Below are positions 36,701-46,900 of a DNA stretch of 64,000 nt, piece by piece. The stretch is from Paraspadella gotoi. Lineage: Eukaryota > Animalia > Chaetognatha. Position 1 is the stretch's first letter. Every line of letters starts with the position of its first letter. The stretch spans positions 5,681,452 through 5,745,451 of the forward strand of contig CM119270.1 in NCBI GenBank assembly GCA_051294375.1, in the 5' to 3' direction. The position numbers were made by a program, and so were the translations under genes. The notes below the pieces were generated by a model, which ran no database searches, was not told the origin of the DNA, and was given only the letters and a program-made list of their open reading frames with translations.

Positions 36701-38753
36701 CTTAATTTTTTCTCCATCGCTGTTTTTCTACTCGCTTCCCGCTTCCTTTCGCGTCCATCTCCCCTTCGCCAGGAGTGACGACCTGCCTCCGCTTCCCCGG
36801 CCAGCTCAACGCCGACCTTCGCAAGTTGGCCGTCAACATGGTGCCCTTCCCGCGGCTGCACTTCTTTATCCCGGGATTCGCGCCCCTCACGGCACGGGGA
36901 TCGCAGAACTACAGATCCCTCAGCGTTCCGGGTAAGACGAGGGTGAGGAAACCTATGCGGGTTAAGTTTTGATTTCGGTGAAGTTATGGGATTTCCTTAC
37001 CATTTCCAGAACTGACCCAACAAATGTTCGACGCGAAAAACATGATGGCGGCAGCGGATCCCAGACACGGAAAGTACCTTACCTGCGCTGCGATTTTTAG
37101 GTGAGTTTTTATGTTTACTTTGTTAAGGTTATTTATTAAAAGAAACTAAATTGAAAAGGTTGGTAACGCAATAAGTTAATTTAGCAAATAACTGCATTGA
37201 CAATTGTTTTGGTTTAACTTTTTCTCGAAAGAGGGCGAATGTCGATGAGAGAAGTCGACGAACAAATGCTCAACGTCCAGAATAAAAATTCGTCGTATTT
37301 CGTCGATTGGATTCCGAGCAACGTGAAGGTTGGGGCTTTGATAAGGAACGACGAAAGAAAAAAAAATCATACTATAAATATAAAATGAAATTGAAAGAAT
37401 TCGTATTTTGCGAGTAGGGGCATAATATAACGGCAGGTTTAGCAGGTACGTATTGTCAAAAAATATAACAAAACTAAACGATCTTTTTTAGATCGCGCAC
37501 TGCGACATTCCGCCCCGCGGGCTGAAAATGTCGGCGACCTTCATCGGCAACACAACCTCGATCCAGGAACTCTTCAAAAGAGTCTCCGAACAGTTCGTCG
37601 CCATGTTTAGAAGGAAGGCTTTCTTGCAATGGTGATTAGGAAAAGGACAAGCTATTCATTTGTTCAACTAAATATAATTATGAAATTTAAAGCGGTGATC
37701 TTTTCGGTGATTGTTAGATCATGGATAAGATTTCTCAATCATAAATTTGAAGCTTTTATTAATTCATTCATTTATTTTTTTTTTTATTGATGTAATTATT
37801 CATTTTTTCGTTCATTTATTGTTTTAATTCATTTATTTATTGATTCCTTTCAATAATTCTCTAATTTATTCATTAATTCCTTCATTCTATCTTTCAAACA
37901 TTCTATGGTGGACTAAAATCCACTAACCGTTCATCAGCGGCCATTGGTGCCGGAGGCAAGTCATTCGCCTCCAACCCAAAGGCCCGGGGTTCTAGCCCGG
38001 TGGCCGCCTAGCAGTTAAGAGGGACGGGGCGCTTAACCCGCTGTAACACGGTGTTACAGCCTGATCCAAAGCTCAGGGACTGCTTATATTGAACAGTTCT
38101 ATCACTAACTCATAACAATTATTACTGCCTCTTCATTGGTGAGCCCGACTTCCGAACACAACAGCAACAACACTTTCAGGCGAACTGCCTCAACCTGGCG
38201 ATGCACTTTCCGCCAACAACACATCAGGCGACATGCCTCAACTTGGTGATTCACTTTTCACCCAACAACAATTCACTGAGAGACGCAACAGACTTCTCCC
38301 TACGGGAGGGGGGATGTATGGTGGACTAAAATCCACTAACCGTTCATCAGCAGCCATTGGTGCCGGAGGCAGGTCATTCGCCTCCAACCCAAAGGTCCGG
38401 GGTTCTAGCCGCGGTGGCCCGCCTAACAGTTAAGAGGGACGGGGCGCTTAACCGCCTGTAACACTTTGTTACTGCCTGATCCGAAGCTCGGGGACTGCTT
38501 ATATTGAACGGTTCTATCACTAACACTTAACAATAATTACTGGCTCTTCAATTCATTCATTCATTCCTTCAGGTACACGGGCGAAGGCATGGACGAGATG
38601 GAATTCACGGAAGCGGAATCCAATCTCGTCGATCTCATTTCCGAGTATCAACAGTATCAAGATGCCAGCGCCGAGGACGACGACGCCGACGACGACGATG
38701 ACTACGACGAAGAGGACGACGACGAAGCGGCCAAGGGCGAAGCCGAGAAGTGA
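33707..38753 (+). CDS. TUBB: Beta-tubulin, divergent isotype, 11 exons
   Basis: [17 protein letters not shown] start, GGGTGSGMG motif, [22 protein letters not shown]. Exons ~33707-33763, 33983-34091, 34656-34814, 34908-34975, 35057-35185, 36270-36448, 36773-36931, 37010-37100, 37233-37328, 37492-37631 and 38573-38753. Two apparent 1-nt deletions near 36415 and 36445. Confidence 0.96.
34518..34652 (+). repeat. Degenerate CTAATGAATC minisatellite abutting a tubulin 3' splice site
   Basis: About a dozen 10-14-nt units immediately before the cccag acceptor (34655). TTTCCACTCGGTCTC also occurs three times at 34388-34450. Confidence 0.85.
35285..35446. repeat. Near-perfect fold-back (~65-bp arms, ~30-nt loop), MITE-like, in tubulin intron 5
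   Basis: TTTGATATAGAAAAACATCGATTTGGGATAC...CATGCATTCAACCA pairs with TGGTTTGAATGCATGG...CCCAAATCGATGTTTTTCTATATCAAA. Confidence 0.9.
37937..38007 (+). ncRNA. tRNA-like domain / internal Pol III promoter in the 5' LTR (second copy ~38350-38422)
   Basis: GCGGCCA...TGGCCGC acceptor-like stem, A-box-like TGGTGCCGGAGG, B-box-like GGTTCTAGCC in the CCGGG/CCCGG T-arm, and CT-CCA-AC at the anticodon-loop position (Trp-like). D and anticodon stems are degenerate, so it is not a functional tRNA. Confidence 0.7.
38010..38084 (+). ncRNA. Candidate twister ribozyme, type-P5 permutation (5' LTR copy)
   Basis: AGCAGT(P5)-TAAGA-GG(P2)-GACGGG-GCGCT-TAA-CC(P2)-C-GC-TGTAACA cgg TGTTACA(P3)-G-CCTGA(P4)-TCCAAAGC-TCAGG(P4)-G-ACTGCT(P5). 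Predicted U^A cut at 38034/38035. P1 is reduced to a 5-nt linker and P2 has only 2 bp. Confidence 0.65.
38427..38497 (+). ncRNA. Candidate twister ribozyme, type-P5 permutation (3' LTR copy)
   Basis: Same layout. The loop TCCGAAGC gives a full UCCG:CGGG pseudoknot, and P4 CCTGA/TCGGG keeps pairing through U-G. Predicted cut at 38449/38450. Confidence 0.65.
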
Positions 38754-38849
38754 AAAGGGCGGAGTGAAAAGGACGAAGTGAAAAGGGCGAAGTGAAAAGG
38801 GCGAAGTGAAGAGGCGAAGTGAAAAGGTTGAAGTAAAAGGGGCGAAGTG
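38747..38849 (+). repeat. 14-bp tandem repeat (GAAGTGAAAAGGGC) starting across the tubulin stop codon
   Basis: About 7 degenerate units; the first contains AAG TGA. Confidence 0.85.
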
Positions 38850-40189
38850 GGGCCATCGAATCGGCGCGTCGGGATGAAAGAGTTTATGAGATCGAGATGA
38901 AGTTTGAACTTAATTGTAATGTAATTTTGTATTATTTTTAATTTTGTATAAAAGTAGAAAAAAAAATGAAGTAAGAACATATGTTCGAGTCCAAAGTTTG
39001 GTCGTTTATTACTCTCCAGAAATTCCAGCTGAGAAAGTAACGAAATTTTATTTTTAGATTTTTACAATTTTCTGAGATGATGATGATGATGAAGATGATG
39101 ATCACACGATCATAACAAATCTGAACGACTTAACGACAATCAGATAATCAGACAAGAGAACTAAAGGTCCTTAACAAAGTGTCCTTACCCAAGTCCTTAC
39201 CCAAGTGTGACTGATTTCGTCAAGCTGCTTTACGGATGTAAATTCTGCTGCTATTAATAAGAATTCTGTTGCCAATGATATTATAATTTCTCGACTAACA
39301 AGGATAAGCAAAAGTGTAAGGATTCAGCCGTGCCCCTCAATAGTAATTAGTGAATAAGTCTGAATTCCAGTGAAAAAACCGGGTGAAAAACCTTTTTAAA
39401 ATTTTTTTTCTTCGTCACGATAATTGTTAATCTTTTTTTAAATTCGTTATCAAACAGGTTGAGTTCGAAAAAGTATCGAACGATCGAGAAAGCTCGAAAA
39501 GATTTCAACCCGGGGATTCATTTGGATTTCGTAACCATTAAATTGTTGACGAGAGCTTCTTTCTTTGCTCTCATTTTCAATAATGAGGGGGAAAAGTGTT
39601 ATTAAATCGTTCAGTAATCTTTTAAATATTTTAACATGCCTAAACAATTTAAATTTATTAAACAATCAATTAACTAAATAAAAAGTCATACTCCTCGGAA
39701 GTTTTCCGACTTCCCGCTTTTATCTCGGGCAAGTCAGTCGCGTAAAAAACCTTCGTGCAGCACGAAAAAGAAGACCCTGAAAATGTAAAACAATATAGTT
39801 TTTTTTTTTAATATTTGTAGAAACGTCGATTTTCATTTCGTCCAGCACGAACGTCGAAAATTTTTTTTCCTTTTAGTCATTTATTTGTTGGTCTTTGCTT
39901 TTTTTTAAAAAACATGGATTTAACGGAAAAGTTTTTATAAATAATTAACATTAAATTGATAAACGGAAAAAAAATTACCGTTTCAACGATTTTACTCTCC
40001 GTCCAAGTTTCCTTGAACAATAAAAATTTGGAAGATTGGACAATTTAAAATAATTATTGATAATAATGAAAACCTATAAATTGTAAAAATACGAAAATCA
40101 ACTATTTTTTTAGGTTAGTTTGTAGAGTCATCACATTCACTGTTTAATTAATGATTAAGAAAACGTCGAACCTGTTCTCTCTCTCTCTT

Positions 40190-40220
<31 letters not shown>

Positions 40221-40563
40221 TCCTTAGCTCTCTTCTTTTAATCATTTCACTCTTACCCTGAACGATGATCTGTCAAATAAGATCGAAATATTGGTTTTCA
40301 ATAAAAGAAAAAAATACTGCACTTGATCCCAAATTCGACGTTTTCTTAATGATTTTTTTAGGTTTTTTTATTTTAATTTCGATCCTTTGACTTCTTAGAT
40401 TGGGATAAAATTTGGCAAACATTATCCCGGAATGTAGGAAAGACATTGCGCAATCCTTGTGCAATCGTCCTGCCATCTGTTCCGGTCAAGCCCACCTTGC
40501 CAAGTGCCAAACCTTGCGAAGACCACCGACTTCCTGCGATTTCTAAAACATTGTCGAGTTTAC

Positions 40564-43043
40564 ATGATCAAAATGGCTGATCTCAACAGCAACATCATTC
40601 AGCGAGATCTCGAATCTAATGAACTTGAGCCTTACTCAAATGGAACTAATCAGAATAATTCCCACAGCCAGAGAGACCAGCGTCCTGATGAATTCGACTC
40701 TTTTTTAAAATCCGACGACAATCCGGCTGATGTAACCTATCCAATGGTTGAACTTGTGGTGCTTTGTTTATCCTTTCTCTACATGTTACACTACTTCTCC
40801 ACGATCCTGTACTTCTTCATTCCGCTCGCCGATGTTGTAACTGACTTCGTAACGGCCGATCACTATCGAGCTCGCTCGAAGCTCATACAGGAGGAAAAGT
40901 AAGTTAAAATACAGTAATATATTCTAATTTAAAGATCTTAAAATGTATGGTCATGTTTGGGAAAGCTTATTGTTACTAAAATATCGTTTTGTCTGCAGTT
41001 GTCTCTTGTATAAAGATGCCAATGGAACCATTAGGGCCGTCAGTCCTGAGGATTTATTAACCTTACCTCGGCCCGTCATTCTAGGTGAGTTGGTGAGATA
41101 CTTCAAAATGGCCTCGTTACATTTACAGAATGTAACTTTTTCAAAATACTTTTCAGTCAACACTCGTTTTCCTCGACCGTCATCAAGGTTGGACGATGAA
41201 TCTGAGGAGCCATTGTTAAATTTCTCAATATTTTACGCTTTGACCCTTCTCTTCATCTTCCTCCCATGGGTTGCAACGGTGCTTTTTACGAGCTGCAAAA
41301 GGTTACTCTGGTTTTATGTTCTGCATAATTTCGATCTCACGGTTGATCTCCACAAACCACTTCCCTCAGAGTGGCTGGAAGAAGTTCTTAAGAGCTACAG
41401 TCTGACGCATTTTCTAGTCGCTGTCATATTAAAACTACTCCTCTTAATATTTATGCCATTGTTGATTTTTGACTCATATTTGAGAGAGTTGTCAATCCGT
41501 CGACGACTTTACAAGATTGAAAAAGAAGATAGAGACAAGGAAAAAGAAGAGATTGGGCTAATGAATGAGAATAGAGTGAAGGGAGAGGAGCAAGTTGCCT
41601 CACAAAACTCACAAGTTGCGGATGGTGAAAGGGAACTTACCGATATTCAGATTGCGCGAAAGGAAGAAACTCAACGACTACGTCGTGAACTTCTTTCTCT
41701 CTCTAAAAACCGATTTTTTGAAGCGTACCTTCGAAGCGCTCCTCAGTTCGTGCTGCAAATGTCGTGGAGAATTTTAGACGGGGTTTCAATAGGCAAACTA
41801 TTTCTCGGTACAATAATAACTTCTCTGCTCACTCTTTTTTTAGTCGCTTGGCATTTTAACATTGATGCCATGAGAAACAATCCCAATAGGAGACATCCTA
41901 CTTGGGGAGCTATGTGGATAATGATTTTAATCATCACTCCAACAATAATATCGAATCTACTCGTCTATTCAGTTCTTTTTGGAAGTACAACATGGATTTG
42001 GAAAGTTTTCGGAGCAGCGATATTTGCGTTTTACTTTGGAGTTGGAGTAATTATCGATGTTTGTCATATATCAAGACAGCCCCACTGTAATGGTGAAGAT
42101 ATGAACGTAAACAAAGTTTCTAAAAATTGTAAGCTCTTTTTCAACCTTGTGTTCAGGGGATACATTTCAAGTATTACTCTGCTCTTTTTTAGAATAAAGC
42201 AATTTGACGAAAAGAATAAAATCTGGAAGGACGAATCTGATACTGAGGAGTTTTTCTTTGAACCGAAGAAAAGATTTTGCCATCAGTTGGTTTATTTTTT
42301 GTCAAGACTCGTTCTTCATGTCCTCGTTGTGTGCTTTTTATTAATATGGAATGACCCTAATAACCTACCGTGTTTACTGAATAGTAATTTCAGCAGCTGG
42401 TATATTCCCATATGTACTGTCATCGTAGCAGGGCCAGTAATTTCTATCATTTTCTTGATTATCGACTGGACGGCAAAAAGTAGACCAGCGCTTTTTACCT
42501 TGGATGGTTCTGCTATCATGGGACTTTACGAGAGTTTCTGTGAGAATTTGAAAAGAGAAGTAGAACAAGAAATGATCGAAACCGTTAAAGAGTTGCAAGA
42601 TAAGGAAAGGAGAAAATTAGCGGCGTTCCGCGGTTCTGGTAACAAATCATTGTTCGATCATCTCAACAATAGTCCAGCTGACGATTCCAAGAGAATCCTC
42701 TTCGCCGCAGAGTTTGTGGACAAAGGTCTTCCCCTCCAAGCGTTCCTCGAGATGTTCGTGGATCTCGCTATTAAAACGGCCAAGGACAAGTGGGTCGTTG
42801 AAGAAACGAGCGAAGTTGTGGAGGCTCTTGCTGAAAGGAGATGTCGGGGAGAAGGGGGCGATGAAACGTTCATATACAGATGTTATACCGAGGCCAATAG
42901 TCACAACTTTTCCGCTGCGGGGTTTTTGTGGCAGAGATTCAGGAACAAACTCTCTTCATCGGAAGAATATCAGGTATAAAAATTAAAATATATATGGTTG
43001 AGTAATTCCAATATTAAATTTTATATATAATTTACAGGTGTGA
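40564..43043 (+). CDS. XK-related (XKR/CED-8 scramblase family) multi-pass membrane protein, paralog 1
   Basis: Exon 1 40564-40898 (ADVVTDFVTADHY), phase-2 intron, then exon from 40999 (CLLYKDANG). Probable 72-nt in-frame intron 41085-41156. Family motif FFEAYLRSAPQFVLQ and many hydrophobic segments. Ends either at the unspliced stop 42979 or via intron 42974-43037 to GTG TGA. Confidence 0.82.
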
Positions 43044-43917
43044 TGGAGAAGCATCCAAATTTTTATTTTATTTCAAAGAAAATCAAAACTGTCTTAGGCT
43101 TACTCGCTCATTAGGCTCTAACTTTTTGATTGCAAGTTTGTTTGTATTATTAACATGTTGAAACATTGACGTTGAATTTTGTTTTTGAATATACAGTCTA
43201 TACTTGAATATATTAATGTCATTGTTAAATTTAAAAATGAGACGTTTATTCTTTAGATACAGTAAGTTAGTTTTTAAAGAGATAAAAATATAATATAAAA
43301 TATAAAAGTTCAGTTTCTTTCCGACCCTTTTCTCTTCGTCTCGCTTCCTCACTGTTCGAAACTCGAATTCAAGAAGAGAAACAATAATGCTTCGTTATCA
43401 TGACGAAATTCAACAGCAGGAGAGTCGATCAATTCAAAACAGGTTTTTCAAACGAATTCGGTCCAGGTGTCCCCCAGATTCCAGATTTATTCTTATCGTC
43501 ACGTTGGGTTAAATCTTTTAAAACTTTGCTCCCGGATAATCAATGATTAATGCGACCTACTTTATTTGTTTAGCAAGAACAACGGAATATAACAAAAAAA
43601 CGATAAATAACGTATTTCTGATAAAAATTTAAAAATTAATAAAATAGTTCCCCTGGAAACTTTTGGCACGATTTACTTCCTTTATATTAAACGACGACTT
43701 TTTTTTAGTAATATCGTAATATCACATAACTAACAAGAAAACCAATCAAAATAAAAAGTACTAAGATTAATAAAGAAAGAACAAAAAAAAAGTGAATATT
43801 TTGTAAAACAATCAAAATCAACATCTAGTAACTTTTTTTTTAAATTTTAAAATATAAATATTTAAGAGGACGAAGAAGTTAATAAAACAAAAGAAAAAAA
43901 AAATAAACTACTACAAA

Positions 43918-46900
43918 ATGGCTATCCCCGCAAACGATTCGCCGGACGATCCGGAGGAAATCGAGGTTCTTTTACCGGAATCCGAATCCGTGCCATCCTC
44001 AATATCCGGCGTCAAATCTTCCGAGAAATTCTTCCCCGTCTCCTCTAGATCTTCGCTCTGCGGCTTCTTGCTGCAAATGACAATTTCCGCATTCGTCTAT
44101 CTCGTTGCAATCGCTGATCTCATCACTGACTGCATCTTGGCCGAACACTACCGTCGCCGCTCGGATTACATTCGTGACGACAGGTCTCGATCCGTCGTTG
44201 TCGTTGTTGTCGTCGTGGTGGTTTTTATTCCTTTTTAAAAGACTAAACGTAAAAAAAGAGAGAAAAAAAAAATCTACTTTGCTGATTGGTTAAATAAAAT
44301 ATCCCCATTTACATTTCTGCCATTTTTGTAAATTTTTAAACGTCAGATTGTATCAAGACTACACGGATTTCAAATGAGAGCGAAATGAAAAGATTAAATA
44401 CTGTGGCTATATTATTTGTTATAGCAACTTTAGATTTTTACGCTGGTAGAAAAATCGCTGTCATTTTTTATTTTTCTTTATTTTATTTTATTGTTTTACT
44501 TTCTTAGTAAGGTGCTCATCAATGGCATTGTTGAATTTCAAAAAAAGAATTTTTTTGGGTTTAAAAAGGACCTTCCTATTATAAAATATATTTTTATAAA
44601 AAAAAATAAAATGTTAAAAAATTTTGGTTCATCTTACAGATATAGACATTGGAGTATGTGTCTGAGCAATCTGAATGTCAAAAGCTTTTTCACAACCATA
44701 ATGACAGCCATTTTAATTTTGTAGTTTTTCTAGTTAAAACTTTAGGAAATTTTTATTTTTTATTTTGAAAAAACAATGATTTTATTATTAATAATCATTG
44801 TTTATCATAATTTTTTTTCCTAATTTAAACTCGCAACGAAAAGAGAGATCAAATACAATGTCAAGTTAAAACTTCTAGAAAATAAAAATTTTAGCATTGA
44901 AAAAAATTTTGAAAACAAACAACACTTCAACGCTTCACTAAACCTTGAAATATATTAATAAGAATTTGGTACATGCTCTGTAGATATTATACTATCTAAT
45001 AAATGTAAAAAAAATTAAAATTTTTGTCTCAATATTTTTTACAATGAGTTTAAAATAGAACTATCAACTAAGATGAGAGAAATGTCGCAAAAAAAGCAGC
45101 TGGAAGGCAATCGCACCAGTAGTTGTATTATCAATTATCAATATAGGAACATAAATGTTAAGGAATTTTTTAACTGATGTAAAGAACAAATATTAATCAC
45201 ATTCAGTCAGTTATGAGTTATAACAACTCTTTTCATTTCACTCCCATTTGAAATCCGTGTAGATGATTTTAGAGACAAAGTTTTTTAAATTATTTTTTTC
45301 ATTTTTCTTTTTCATAGATGCTTGTTATATCTGGATGCCAATCAGACAATTCAAACAATTAGCCCAGAAGATCTTCGTCACAAAAGATCCACAGACGCTG
45401 AAGAATTTAACGAACCGCTCTTGGATTATTCCCTTTTCTTCCATTTAACAGTTTTCTTCATATTCCTTCCCTGGATTTCCAGGATGTTTCAGTATAGCTG
45501 CAAAGAATTGCTCTGGCAGTATGTCCTGCATAATAATGAGCTTATAGTTAATTACGAAGATCCTTTGCAACCAGAATGGGTGGACAAACTGTTGACCGAC
45601 GACACTCTTCTCAGCTTTTTCGTTTGTGGCATAATAAAATTGGTCATGTTACCCTTGTTGCCGGGGTTAATACTTATAGCTCAGCTCAGAGAGTTTAAAA
45701 TCAGATTTAGACTCTATGAAATCGAGACGAAGATGAAACTAAACAATCCCAAAAATTGCGAGCTAAAGTCTTTATCTGATGGAATAAGCAGAAGGTTGTC
45801 AAGTTTCAATACAGCGGAATCTTCGGAAAATGAGAGATACGACGGTAATAAAACAAAAACTGAGACTGAAATTAAAGTCATTTCGGAGAAAATTGAAGTA
45901 AAAGTAGAAAAAAATCATAAAGTTACCTTTAATGATGATGAGGAAAAGCAAATGAAACCTAAAGGGGAAGAAAGTTTTCATCCTCGCTTGAATTGTTGTT
46001 CAAAAGAGAGCATTAAAATTAAGGATCCTATTCAGTTGGCGCTTAAGGAGGTCAGTGAGGACCGAAGTTACAAACCGAGCGAAATCTGTCAGCTCGTCGA
46101 TGAACTTGTCAGACTCTCGGAATACCGATTTCACGAAGCCTTCTTAGAAAGCGCCCCTCAATTTGTGTTGCAAATGGTTTGGAGAATTTTGGATGGAGTC
46201 ATGATGGACGGCTTGTGGGCGACAAGCATGATAACCTCTTTTCTAAATCTTTGTTTCGTTGTGTGGAACTATGTGAATGATGCAATCAAAAACAATCCAA
46301 TCAGGAGAAACCTCACGGGTTGGGCGATGACCCTTTTGTTTTTTGAAAAGGCTCCATCTTTTTTTTCTAGGTTACTTTTTTACTCAATTCTTTTTGGCAG
46401 TACCTCTAAAAAATGGAGGCTCCTTGGCGGGGCATTAGTACTATTCCATACACTATTTGGAGGATTTTTTGAACTGCTATTTGCTAAGTTCAGAACAGAA
46501 AATAGAAAGGCAAAAGTTTCAAAATTTAGTTGTTTTCTTAAATACCTTAAGCTTACACTTAACTGTTTGTTTCGAGGTTTTATTTCCAACATAACTCTAC
46601 TTCTGTTTAGATTGAAACATTATGACAGTAAAAAGAAAACATGGCTGGATGAAGCTGACACCGAAACCTTGGCAACTGATCCACCCATTAGATTTTATCT
46701 TCAAACTGTTTTTTACATACTTGTAATATCAATCCACTCGACAGTCGCTTATTACTGGTATGAAGACGACTCACCATCCTGTTTGCTTGACGATCGCTTC
46801 AGTGAGTTACGATTGCCAATTTTAGGAGTCATTTTAGCTGGACCTTTAATTTCTATTATGTTTTTGTTCTTGTACTGGAAAGTCAAAGACAAGTCAATGT

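Larger units (their letters stand above)
37904..38550 (+). mobile_element. Non-autonomous LTR retroelement (TRIM) with a tRNA-like segment in each LTR (Helenus/TRIMp3-like)
   Basis: Direct repeats 37904-38135 and 38315-38550; the 3' copy reads TG...CA and the 5' copy lacks the first TG. PBS TGGTGAGCCCGAC at 38137-38149, 1 nt after the LTR-terminal CA. PPT GGGAGGGGGGA at 38304-38314 directly before the 3' LTR. 179-bp non-coding interior. ATTC on both flanks (37900-37903, 38551-38554). Confidence 0.85.

Noticed and set aside
37937-38007. Functional tRNA-Trp gene
   Set aside because: The D and anticodon stems do not pair, there is no downstream poly-T, and it is embedded in duplicated LTRs.
37904-38550. 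Simple tandem SINE dimer, or hammerhead/HDV ribozyme
   Set aside because: PBS and PPT at exact LTR boundaries fit an LTR structure better. No CUGANGA/GAAA hammerhead core (CTGATCC does not match) and no HDV nested pseudoknot were found.
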